Below are positions 1 through 12,446 of a stretch of 64,000 nt of DNA, one piece after another. This DNA comes from Octopus sinensis (Eukaryota). The stretch covers positions 4,464,001 to 4,528,000 of the forward strand of contig NC_043001.1 in NCBI RefSeq assembly GCF_006345805.1, read 5' to 3'. The number at the start of each line of letters is the position of its first letter. Position 1 is the stretch's first letter. The position numbers were made by a program, and so were the translations under genes. A model generated the notes under the pieces. It saw nothing but the letters and a program-made list of their open reading frames with translations, ran no database searches and had not been told where the DNA came from.

Positions 1-69
1 AGAACGACGATGGCTGAACCTAGAGGATCCTCTCCGGGGTACAATTCTGGATGGAAAGTCGTCTCACAG

Positions 70-336
70 ATGAAAGCACAACCTAGGGTAGTTTTTTTAT
101 GGAAGACCAACAGTCGCCGGTGCATGCCACACCGCCGATGTTATCCAAGGGAAAAGCAAAGGTCGATGCAGCTTGGCACCAGTTATGTTATAACTTAATT
201 CTACAACTGAATGAACTGGAGCAACGTGAAATAAAGTGTTTTGCTCAAGAACACAACACGCAGCCCGGTCCGAAAATCGAGCTCACAACCTCACGATCAT
301 AAGCTCGACGCTCTAACCACTGAGCCATGCACCTTA
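70..336 (-). mobile_element. tRNA-derived SINE (family C, CORE-like body)
   Basis: Reverse complement reads aaggtgcatggctcagtggttagagcgtcgagc...gtgagctcgattttcggaccgggctgcgtgttgtgttcttgagcaaaacactttatttcacgttgctccagttcattcag. It has a Pol III A box, a degenerate B box, and matches the plus-strand copy at 39773. Confidence 0.75.
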
Positions 337-343
337 AGAAATG

Positions 344-405
344 ATGACAATGATGATGATGATGGTAATGGTGATGATGATGATGATGATGCTGATGACG
401 ACGAC

Positions 406-447
<42 letters not shown>

Positions 448-450
448 AAT
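344..450. repeat. (GAT)n microsatellite
   Basis: Direct inspection; source of the poly-D and poly-S ORFs. Confidence 0.95.
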
Positions 451-489
451 AAATAAAAGCAATAATAATTACACGAAATCAAAGCATTT

Positions 490-1200
490 CCCTTTATATA
501 TTACTAAAAACGTGTAAGGAAGAGAAATACTACACGTAACCTCAGAATATGGGGAAATGGAGAAGAAACAATAATCATATTGTCTCTAACTGTCCAGTCC
601 TCGCTAAGAAGGACTATATTCACAGACACGACAGCGATGGGACCTATGTGCACTGGAAGCTATGCCAACACTATAGACTAGCAACAGAAAAAAATGGTAT
701 AAGCATATCCCCAAGAAGGTAAGAGAAAATGAAAAATCAGACATACTACTGGATATGCCAATACAGACATATACAGAAATTAAGGAAAATAGGCCGGATA
801 TAGTTGTGAGAGATCATCAAGAAAAAAACAAATGCTCTCTAATAGATGTATCAATACCAATAGATGACAACGTTTCTCTATGAGAAATGGAGAAACTATC
901 AAAATACAAAGACGTGGAAATAGGTCTAACTTGAATGTGGTATTTAAAAACAGAAACAATTCCTATCATAGTAGGCGCGTTAGGTATGATAAAAAATATT
1001 CAAACAAATTTAACAAACATACCAGGAATAACAATTATATATAACATGCAGAAATTAGCTCTAGTTGGCACCGAACATATCGTATGTAAGACACTTTCAA
1101 TACAGTAAAATTAAGAACATCACAACAAACCACAGCACACACCGAAGTCAGTTCAGTAGTGCAGCGAAAGCACGTAGTAAGAATAAGACGGCTGAATAAT
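490..1200 (+). mobile_element. 5'-truncated, decayed RLE non-LTR retrotransposon (R4/Dong-like), 3' end
   Basis: Manual translation across stops and frameshifts gives HIVSNCPVLAKKDYIHRHD, ENRPDIVVRD, SLIDVSIPIDDN, EKLSKYKD, TIPIIVGALG (zinc knuckle plus PD-(D/E)xK RLE). The 3' UTR matches that of the 8580-9643 copy and ends in aataatagtaataat. Confidence 0.85.
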
Positions 1201-1209
1201 AGTAATAAT

Positions 1210-3090
1210 AACAAAGTAAAAAATAAGACAAGTATTAAAGGGAATAACGAGACATCTTGGAGAATGCCCCTCTTGGTATCAACTTTCACTAAGTACAGTA
1301 AGATGAGTAGAGGTCTACCTCACATTTCTTCATGCTAAATGTAATGGACTCTCTTACGTTGTCTGTAATACTAAAAGTACTCGAAAGTCCGTTCATCCAC
1401 GAGTGTAGAATCATGTCATAGGATTTCTTATAATCTATTCATGCTATTGTGAAACTTGTCTTTGTAGACTTCACTTCATTTAGATCTACTTTGTCTCTGT
1501 AAAATAGATCATGCGTTTCTCTACCATTCTTCCTGCAACTTTCCTATTCTTCTGGAAGTAAATTCTGGCGGCTGTGAAGGTGCTGCTAAACCCTTTTTAA
1601 GACCATTCCTTGCAACAGCTTTCACAGAAATCGTAAGCAAATTGTAGGTCTATAATTGCTAGTTACATTTTTGTCTTTCATAAAGAGTACTTTTCTACCT
1701 CTTAGGTATAATCCCTCAATTCAAGCAATCCTGAAGTTTGTCCTTCAGTTTCACATGTAAACCACTGAATGTACTTTACCAATTCTGTAGAACTATTTCT
1801 GTTCCTGAACCCTTCAATCTTGCCATTTTTTCATAGCATTCGACTTATTAATGCACAAATTAGGTTTAGATTTATCGCTTCCCGCTTAATACATTGCCCT
1901 CACTCTATTTAACCATGCTATATCTACATAATTATCAATTACCATATATCAATTATCACCCCAGGACCTTTTAGCTTCTTTTGCATTAAACTTTCATATT
2001 CCGTAGCTCCTCCCGCACATTTTTTATTGGGCTATAATATATAATTTGTCCGCCTCAAACAATCTGTTCTGTCTAATTCTGAACTAAAATCTGGATGGTA
2101 CCAATACTACTCGAGTACCTGGTAAGTTTACCTGATATTGCGGTGATACGCTGCTTCTGGTCCTCCATGATGGAACGAATACTTTCTATTTGAACAGTAT
2201 TTTTTCTCAAGATTATATTTAAATATTGCATTTCCTAACTTTTCTTTCCCTACATTTCTCTACTACTCAGATCTTGTCTCAAAAGATTCACCACATTATT
2301 TTCTGAACTACGAGTCCACATTTGCATCTTCCTATTCTTTCCTGGGAGAATACCTGGTCAGTTAGTAAAACAGCTTGCTTAAATTTAATAAGTTTGTGTC
2401 ACCTATACTTTTAGGTATTTTCCTACTGATAACAGTATATACTTTCCTAGTCATATCTAGCACCATTCTTCTTTCAATGCTCATAGGCTTTCTCTTTATT
2501 CTGTACTCATCGCTTCTTTGAACACGACTAAAATCTTTTGACTTTCCTCAATTTCGTCGCCGCTTTCAGTTTTAACTTTTTGATCTTTAATTTAGTATTT
2601 TTTGTGTTTGTTTAATCGCTCCTCTTTGCCTTGAACTTCATCAACTGTGCATCCTAGATACTGTGGTTTAGCTGTCCTACATCTTGGTATCTTTTTTTCA
2701 ACTGCGTTGAGATTCTGTCATGCACTTAATTATCCTATTTGTATTATCTGGTCCACCAGTCTGTTCTTACATCACATGAGAATTTCCTTTCTGTAACTAA
2801 ATTGCTAACATGTTTTCTGTGGTTTCCGACTTTGGATTCAGTCTCTAAGTAGCTTTGCATCACAGCCCTATACATGTCACTTGCATATTTCTTCCACTCA
2901 CTCTATTATGAATGGATATTCTCTCAGACAAATGAGTGAGGTGAAGCGAGACTTGCCCCTTTAAAAGGGCAGCCTAATTTGCGCTGTTATCACAAAAACT
3001 TCTGCGTAAAATCTTGCCTCTCATAAACTCAGGAAACGTAATATTCGTGATTGTTTATAGTGATAGCATCACCACGAACCTCAAGGTTTT
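1210..3090 (-). mobile_element. Old decayed R4/Dong-like LINE, N-terminal region plus RT domain, 3' half missing
   Basis: Minus-strand translation gives SNYRPTICL, KSTKTSFTIA*IDYKKSYDMILHSW and KRGILQDVSLFPL (RT motifs resembling NYRPITCL, AWIDYKKAYD and RGIFQGDSLSPL). Further upstream is MYRAVMQSYLETESKVGNHRKH, resembling the R4-type N-terminus. Many stops. Confidence 0.8.
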
Positions 3091-3107
3091 TCACTTTTTA
3101 AATATCA

Positions 3108-3119
3108 TAATCATCATCA

Positions 3120-3172
<53 letters not shown>

Positions 3173-3291
3173 ACAGCTGCAGTAGCAGCAGCAGCAATAG
3201 TATCATCGTCATTAATATTGTGATGTGTTTGATGGTAATATCGTTGATATTCCTCCCCAAATTTAAGCGGCATCAGTTTATTTTGTTGTAG

Positions 3292-3367
<76 letters not shown>

Positions 3368-3545
3368 TGGGGAGGGAGGTGGCGACGGTGCCAAAAGCTG
3401 CATCTGTAGTAATAGCATTTAGCCGGTGCAGATATCGATATAAATATCGGTAGATAAATTATTATAGCTATAATTCAATTGTATGTTGCAATTGTTCTTG
3501 CTGTGATTGAGGCTGTTGTTGTTGTTGTTGTTGTTGTTTTTGATG
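3108..3545. repeat. Compound trinucleotide microsatellite (CAT/GCA/TAT/TAG/GTT)
   Basis: Direct inspection. Confidence 0.9.
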
Positions 3546-3809
3546 ATGCCATAAGAGTTGTTTTTGTTGGTAGTGTAGCAGAGATTTCGCTGTCGTAGCA
3601 TTGCAGATCTTTATGTTTTGAACGTAGCTCGCCTAATGTAATTTTATGTTCGTTTCATTTCAATGTTTACAGAATGCAAGTCACGCATGCAGCTTTTATC
3701 GCCTTCATCGTTGCATATTCCCTGACTGAAACAGGAAGTTCATGCAACGCTGGAACAGATCGTGGTCACGTGTCATCTATGTTGTTCCATACATACACAT
3801 ATTCATATA

Positions 3810-4167
3810 TACGTTTGTGCATGTGTGTGTGTGAGTACGTACGTATGTGTATGTGATTGCGTCTCTATATTATATATCACATCACATACACACGTATATA
3901 AGGGATATATACATATATATATGTATATATCTATATATAATATGTATATACTTGCATATATCTACGTGTATATATATATGCATGTATTTATGTGTAAATA
4001 TGTATATATGTATATATGTATATAATTATATATATATCTATACCTATATATATATATATATATATATATCTTCACACACACACACATCTAGTAAAATATG
4101 TAATACATGTATGAGAGTGTATGATAAATATTTATGTTGATATATATCCATTTATCTGCATATGCTA

Positions 4168-4235
<68 letters not shown>

Positions 4236-4500
4236 GTGTATATATATATACGCATCTGTACAAACACACCCCACACACATGTGCATACGCATGTGTATTT
4301 TTAAATGTATATATGTATATATACATAAATATATATCTATAGAGGTATATATGTTTATAGACAGATATATTTTTCCATGTCCATGCATACATATATACAT
4401 GCATGTATACACGCATGCATATACGCATATATACATACATGTATATATACAGACACACACATGCACATACATTTGCACACGTGCGTGTTTGTGCGTGTGT
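3810..4500. repeat. Degenerate (TA)n/(TG)n/(CA)n low-complexity tract
   Basis: Direct inspection; source of the YIYI-type ORFs. Confidence 0.9.
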
Positions 4501-5101
4501 CCGGGCGTTTCTGTTTCTGACAATACCCTCTACATCGCTTACCTTTGCAATAATGTTTGCAACTTGGAGATGAAGTTACCTCTGACAGCTCGTGTTCTAA
4601 TTTCCACTATATTTCCTACCTATTGAGAAAAGATATGATGTCGCAGATCAAAAACAGCCGTACCATATGCCAGTCATCATCTCCGAACTGCACGTTTTAC
4701 CTCCACTCATAACATCTTTAGTATTTCTTCTTACTCTACCTCTTTCCCCTTCCTCTTACGCCCTTTATTTCCCTTGCCTTTTGCCTTTATTTTCCTCTTC
4801 TCCTCTCCATTCAGATGTCAGATTAATATGTGAATTGCTGTTTTCCATTCATTTTCATAATGAACAATGAAGGTCTTCTGGTGAAATCACTCAATGCGAA
4901 CATCGCCGCTCCTAATGATGAGCATTTACGGTTGTTACCTAATTCCGAACCTCCAGGTACACCGGTCACGTTCAAAAGATTCTTATTCTCTACCTTCGTA
5001 TTCTAGAGTTTTATGCTAGATATAAATGTATTTGAACATATACATAGGAACATGCTTCTACTTATGTATTTATATTCTGAATATATATGGTTCTAATACC
5101 A

Positions 5102-5752
<651 letters not shown>

Positions 5753-6529
5753 TATATTCCCCTCTCTCTCTCACTTTCTCTCTCTATATATATATATGTG
5801 TGTGTGTGTGTGTATAGAGAGATAGATATAGATATATTCATACCTACATAAATACATACATGTATTTGAAATTTTCCATGCCATTATGCATTGGAAGTAA
5901 AATACTGAGATATTTTATGGTCTCTTGAACAAGTCTATGTCGCCTAATTCAGAAAGTAATATTAAAGTTTAGTTTCATCCAACGGTAAAGTAAACTTCCA
6001 TGTTATATTGAAGGAGGTACAATGTCAAATAACTTACTCGATACTCCTAAAGAATTACATAAAACTTATAAATTAATACGATTTGAGAATATCCAAAGTT
6101 ATAACATTATGACTATGACACTCACGAATCGTTTGGTAACGTATTACCAGAAAGGAGATTTCGCATCCGAGTAACATATAGTTACGTAAGAAAAGATTAC
6201 GCAGATATAAATATGTGGCAAAGTAGATATCTATATAGGAGAAGACGTAACACTGCAAATATTCATTACAAATGCATGTTATAACAGTTGTATGCTGCCA
6301 TTAACAGTTAATTCGGAATATTACAGGCCTTAAGCATTGATTAATATTTACAGTACTACTGAAACTATGTCGAACTAGCCGGCAGCGCCCCTTTGTATTA
6401 TTGCGATGTATACAAATTTCTTGCAGTAACACACTGTATATTTATTTCGTTCAAGTGTTCGAGTTGAAATAGATTTCAATGTCTAAATGTATATGAAATA
6501 ATAATTTTGAAAAAATTAAATAAGATAAA

Positions 6530-7411
6530 ATGTTGAAAGGGATTCTCTCAACAACGACACGTTGTCCGTACTTTCAGCGATAGACGTCTCACAAACTGAA
6601 ATTTATCAGTCTAAGAAAAGAATATCAAAGTACATTTACAACTGTTTGATATCCAAGAGCGAATTTATTGATTCTAGGCGTCTATCTCAATGTCGTCTAG
6701 CACATTCTATTGCGTCTAGTTTTATACTTATATATGCATAAACAGAGACTCACTGATTTACATACATACACACAGACATATAGAAAGTGAGGTGGGGAAT
6801 GTGAAATAATGATGCCAATAAGAAACAGGTATGTTCTTGATATATAAAATATATGAACATACACACATGTAAATATATATAAGATAGATACAGTGAGAAA
6901 CTGTTACTGTAATCATTCAGAATATGAGCACACAGGAATAAGAATATATGTGTGTATATATACGTACATATATATGTATATATGTATGTATGTATATATA
7001 TATATATATATATGAGGTATATTTGCCATCTCAATATGTTGAAAGGGATTCTCTCAACAACGACACGTTGTCCGTACTTTCAGCGATAGACGTCTCACAA
7101 ACTGAAATTTATCAGTCTAAGAAAAGAATATCAAAGTACATTTACAACTGTTTGATATCCAAGAGCGAATTTATTGATTCTAGGCGTCTATCTCAATGTC
7201 GTCTAGCACATTCTATTGCGTCTAGTTTTATACTTATATATGCATAAATATATATAAGATAGATACAGTGAGAAACTGTTACTGTAATCATTCAGAATAT
7301 GAGCACACAGGAATAAGTATATATGTGTGTATATATACGTACATATATATGTATATATGTATGTATGTATATATATATATATATATGAGGTATATTTGCC
7401 ATCTCAATATG
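6530..7411 (+). repeat. Tandem duplication with internal deletion (A-X-B / A-B)
   Basis: 6530-6742 is repeated at 7036-7248 and 6870-7038 is repeated at 7245-7411. Segment 6743-6873 is absent from the second copy. Confidence 0.9.
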
Positions 7412-7720
7412 GCTAACCACTAAGGGTGGGTGTTACTGTAGCTTGTAGCCCCAGGAGAACATCGTCTGCAGCTGGGTATTGACACATTTTCTGTGCCCCC
7501 TCGGTATTTGCAAAGGGAGGTCATCCTTCTCTTGACCCAGAAACTGCAGTCCATGCGCATAACTTAGGTCGCCGAGGGAAAGATGACCTCTCATTGCAAA
7601 TACCGATAGGGCTCAGAAAATGTGTCAATAGCCAGCTGGAGACGATGTTCTCCTGGAGCTACATGCTACAGTAATAACCACCCTTAGTGCTTAGCAATAT
7701 TGAGATGGCAAATATACCTC
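7387..7720. mobile_element. Fold-back MITE-like element, ~145-bp terminal inverted repeats
   Basis: Starts gaggtatatttgccatctcaatat and ends atattgagatggcaaatatacctc. Arms pair with several mismatches up to about 7532 and 7575, leaving a ~43-bp spacer. Confidence 0.8.
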
Positions 7721-7779
7721 ACACTGTCGTGCAGTTACTGTTTATACCTCGTTTAGAGATTTATTATTGCTTATATATT

Positions 7780-7831
7780 CTAGGCCACTGGTTTTAATCG
7801 ATTAGTATCAATTTCTACCCTTATTTAATTA

Positions 7832-7881
<50 letters not shown>

Positions 7882-7931
7882 ATTAAATAAGGGTAGAAAT
7901 TGATACTAATCTATTAAAAGCAATGGCCTAG
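7780..7931. repeat. Inverted repeat centred on a (TA)n tract
   Basis: ctaggccactggttttaatcgattagtatcaatttctacccttatttaatt, then (TA)n, then aattaaataagggtagaaattgatactaatctattaaaagcaatggcctag. Confidence 0.85.
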
Positions 7932-7986
7932 CATATTTTTAAAAAATTGTATGTAACACATATATATATATATGTATATATATAAT

Positions 7987-8048
<62 letters not shown>

Positions 8049-8404
8049 GTATATATACATATATATGTGTGTGTAAAAAATAAATTGATATATATATGTG
8101 TGTGCGTACATATTTACAGAATAGATGTCCATGGAGTACAAGTGATAGAGAAAACTAAGGTGAGAGGCCTTGGTTTTTAACGTCTGACAATTGATTTGGG
8201 GAGCTCAGATATAAGGAATTGTTGCAATATAGGCAGATTGATCATATAATAATGTCAATACTATGCAACCAATAATGGATGCATATAAACGGTAACGTGA
8301 ATGCATATTCTTCTTCAGTGGGAATAGTTCGGCGCCTAACATTTGAGATGATTATGGTAGGAAATTTAATGGTAGTAAAGATGTGCGCGACAAGGTGATC
8401 TCAA

Positions 8405-8480
8405 GGAATATCAAGGAACTAGGAATAGAGTCCCCAGTAGACCTGTTATAAAAGGTTTGCCTCCTGGGCACGGCTACAAC
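8405..8480 (+). mobile_element. Short RLE-LINE C-terminal remnant
   Basis: Translates RNIKELGIESPVDLL*KVCLLGTA, like the C-terminus of the 49800-50122 fragment, and is followed by an AT-rich/TTA array. Confidence 0.45.
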
Positions 8481-8533
8481 AAAACCTATGATAAATAATT
8501 ATATTAATTATTATATTATTATTATTATTATTA

Positions 8534-8579
<46 letters not shown>

Positions 8580-8582
<3 letters not shown>

Positions 8583-9643
8583 TAGTTTAATTTTATAGCG
8601 TGCTTTCACTTCACTACCGAACGCGGCTCTGTGTGCCTTGGGTATGTGCTGTGATTTGTTGTGATGCTCTGATGGTTATTGTATGGAAAGTGTTCTGCGT
8701 AGGATGTGTGCAGTGACTAGTAGTGCAATTTTCTGTATGTTATATGTGTTTGTAAGTCCTGGTGTTTTTGTTATGTATTTGTCTGAATATTTTTTTATCA
8801 TGCCTAATGGTGCGAACATTGTTTCTGTTTTCAGATTCCACCTCTATTTCCAGGTCTTTGTATTTTGAGAGTTTCTCCATTTCTTTTAGAGACACGTTGT
8901 CATCTGCCGGTATTGATACATCAATTAGAAAGCGTTTTTTTTTTCTTCATGATCTCTGACAACTATATCTGGTCTGTTGGCCTTAATTTCTCTATCTGTG
9001 TGTATCGGCATATCCCAGAGTATGGTTGCTTTCTCGTTTTCTGTGACCTTTTCTGGTGTGTGCCTATACCATCTTTTTTCTGTTGTTATTCCATAATGTT
9101 AGCATAGCTTCCAATGTATGTAGGTTCCAACTCTGTCATGTCTGTGAATATATTCCTCTTAGCCAGACTGGGCAGCTAGAGATAATATGATTTATTGTTT
9201 CTTGTCCATCTCCACATATTCTGCAGTTACTTGTAATGTTTCTTTTCATTACATGTTTTTGGTAATTTCTGGTGGGGAGGCTTTGGTCTTGTGCTGCAAT
9301 TAAAAATCCCTCTGTTTCTGCTTTGAGTCCTGAGCTTCTCAACCATTGCTGGGATTTGTCTTTGTCTATTTCTTTTGCGTTTAGTTTAGTGCAGTAATTA
9401 CCATGAAGGGGTTTTTCTTGCCATCGTTTTATCATGGCTCGTTGCTGTTCTATTTTTAGTTTGGATTTCATTTGTTTTATAGCTTTTGTTGTTTCTTCAT
9501 CATATTCTTCTTCTTCTTTGTGTTTATTAGGTGGTATGATTTCTTGTTTGTATTTGTCAGCTTCCTTAAATACTGAGAACAGTTTTTTGTTTTGCTCGTG
9601 CTTTGCTGCTATCTGGATCAGTTTTCCTTCCTTCTGAAGTAGG
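8580..9643 (-). mobile_element. 5'-truncated R4/Dong-like LINE inside a (TAA)n array
   Basis: ORF 9136-9471 contains WQEKPLHG, WLRSSGLKAETEGFLIAAQDQSLPTRNY and CRICGDGQETINHIISSC. RLE motifs continue to about 8690. (TAA)n flanks both sides on the element strand. Confidence 0.92.
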
Positions 9644-9692
9644 TATTATTATTATTATTATTATTATTATTTTTAATATTATTATTATTATT

Positions 9693-10166
9693 GAGTGAGA
9701 GAGCGGTTCATGCCATCAAAGTGACACTGGGGTAAAATATACGAAGCCCAATATACCCATCATGACTACCCGTCTGATAAAGGTACACCAGGCACATGCA
9801 TCACAACCATATGTGCGCGACATGGTGATCTCATATCAAGATAAACAGCACATGACCTTGCAGGTGGGGCCCAGTTAGAATTTTCTTCAGGTTGAGTAGC
9901 CCATCCTGCTCAAACGGTCCCTGAATAAAGGTTGCTTTAGGATGTTGAACGAAACACCTATGTTTCCAGAGGTGAACCATTCAAACTCCAAAGAATCCCT
10001 CTCAACACATGGCCATGATGCCCCACTACTTCTGCTCGTGATCAGAGATGCACATATCGTCAGCCACTAAGGGACATGCTCAACTGGTTAAGGTCAAACA
10101 ACTGACAAGCAAATCTGTGGTATTGAGCAGAATATTTGCTGTAGCCCATCTTTTATACCAAGACAG
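9693..10166 (-). mobile_element. Non-coding TAA-embedded interspersed element (copy 1), with fold-back 5' extension to 10312
   Basis: Highly similar to 47435-47920. Ends ...ctctctcactc-(aat)n on the minus strand. No ORF or tRNA box recognised. Confidence 0.8.
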
Positions 10167-10310
10167 AGATGGGCTACAGCAAATATTCTGCTCAATACCA
10201 CAGATTTGCTTGTCAGTTGTTTGACCTTAACCAGTTGAGCATGTCCCTTAGTGGCTGACGATATGTGCATCTCTGATCACGAGCAGAAGTAGTGGGGGAG
10301 CATCATGGCC

Positions 10311-10379
<69 letters not shown>

Positions 10380-10394
10380 GTTATTGATTGATTG

Positions 10395-10598
10395 ATTGAT
10401 TGAAATTGATGGACAAAAAATGACATAAAAATTTAAGGTGGAGCACTTGAAGGATACAGCACTGCTTAGAACTACTCAAATACTCCGGAAGGTGCTCGAA
10501 AAATAAGTGGGGTTTCTTTAGTTAGTTGGTAGTGGACAGCAGACACCGTAGTACATCTCCAGCGTTAGAAGCTGTGCAAAGTCGATAAAATAATAATT
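10395..10598 (+). mobile_element. RLE-LINE extreme 3' end (distinct family)
   Basis: Translates VEHLKDTALLRTTQILRKVLEK* (like the LQKxALLGTAxILRKVL terminus), followed by a ~90-bp UTR and aataataat. Confidence 0.6.
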
Positions 10599-10985
10599 AG
10601 AAGTGTTATCATGTACAAGTTCTGTCTTGATGTAAATGATGGATGACAACAAATATTCTGCTCAATCCTATAGGTCTGCTCGTCAGTTGGTTCACCTTAA
10701 TCTGTTGAGCATGGCCTTTTGTGGCCGGCAATGGATACCTCACTGATCTTGGAGCAGAAGTAAAGGGTGAGCATTATGACCATGTGTTGAGAGGAATTCT
10801 TTGGGGTTTGAATACTTTACCCCTGGAAACACGGGTGTTTCGTTCATCATCTTCAAACAACTATTGTTCAGGGTCCCTTTGAGCAGGATGAGCTAATCGA
10901 CCTTAAGAAAATTCTGACGGGGCCTCACCTGCAAGGCCATGCGTTGTTTATCTTGATATGAGATCACCATGTCGCGCACATCTCT
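10598..10985 (+). mobile_element. Diverged copy 2 of the non-coding TAA-embedded element
   Basis: gaagtgttatcatg...caaatattctgctcaat...gatatgagatcaccatgtcgcgcaca aligns with the reverse complement of 47435-47992; the 3' end is missing. Confidence 0.75.
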
Positions 10986-12349
10986 TATTTGATGATGAAG
11001 ATTTGTTTTTGATAAATTATAAATAATGTTTATACGATTTGTAACGGGTATATAAAGTAAAAGTAAAAAAATACACAAAAACTGTTCCAATGAATTCTTT
11101 AACTCTTTGACGTATCTTCATTTCTAAGCTGATGGAATCGATTAATTCAAAGTTAAGTTCTTGCAGGAGAAATCCAATATTTCTCTTTCTGAATCTGCAA
11201 AGAATTCCCCTTCGTCAAAATATTTCGATTTCAAATATAATTTAATATCTATTGGAAACAGGAGCTGATACGTGACTGCAGCAATTGACGTTAATTCTGT
11301 AAGAAATTAGACGTAAACGTTCTTCATTAAATTAAAACATTGCAGACGTAATGCGATGCATAAGATTTTGTTCTCTGATACTATGCAAAAATTCGGATTA
11401 CCAATTCTATAAATGTGTCCGAATGTTGGTTATCAGCATTAGACAATATAAGAGACTAGAGTGCAATATTGGTATCATTTATATGGTGCTTCTCAATGTG
11501 CAGAGCCAGACTGATATTCCTCTTTTGCCAAACATTTCATGTTCTTCAATTTAGTTAAAGGTGTTTTTTGTGTATCTCTTCCTTCGTAATTTCTCGCCCA
11601 TTCTCTCGGAATCGCTCTCTCTCATCCTCTGTCTTTTTGTCTATGTGTCTCTCACTTAATGTCTCTCTCTGTATTTCTTTTCCGGTTTCTGTCTTCCTGT
11701 ATTGCATTCTCAGTACTGTAGCATTAGAAGGAGACATGATTTGTCTAATGCGAAAAGAAGTATAGTGTTGATATAATTTTATAATTAATCCTTCTGTTAC
11801 CAAGCGGCGCTTAAAATTGCGCTTTCAAATGAAATACGGAGACATAATGCAGATAGAAGCATGGGAAGTGATATAAATAACTTTCTTGATAGGAATAGTT
11901 CCTTGACCACGCCTCAAGCAAAATTATAACGGAATAACTGTACGGTACCTCGGCAATATATGAAACATTTCAGTGTTTCACAGCAGGACAGAGACGAAGT
12001 ATTTTAATTATACAGCTTCACACTTAATTTATTTACGTAATACATCGTCTAGAAAATCAAAATATGATGAATATCTTAGTTCGTATTACATTAATTTTCC
12101 ATCTTCCAGTATCATGCATTCTCTTCACTTTTACATGGAAAACGAAGAGAAATTATTTACTTAATTATAAATTAAAATTTAAACTCAAACCTCTAGATTT
12201 AAGTGAGAGATATTTCCAAGGCTATTTATAGAACATTTTAACCAGTATGCTATCTGCCCACGGGCAGATAGCGTTGAGGTCAAGAGTGCCGGCTACTAAC
12301 CACAAGATTCCGTGTTGGAGTCCATGCAGTGACCTTAAAAATAATAATG

Positions 12350-12444
<95 letters not shown>

Positions 12445-12446
<2 letters not shown>

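Noticed and set aside
490-3090. Twin-priming inversion explaining the opposed LINE fragments
   Set aside because: The inverted RT part lies 3' of the tail rather than 5' of the sense fragment, and the two pieces differ in decay.
3419-3601. Poly-Q/poly-N stretch as a transcription-factor exon
   Set aside because: Stops close on both sides, no domain and no convincing splice sites; part of a compound microsatellite.
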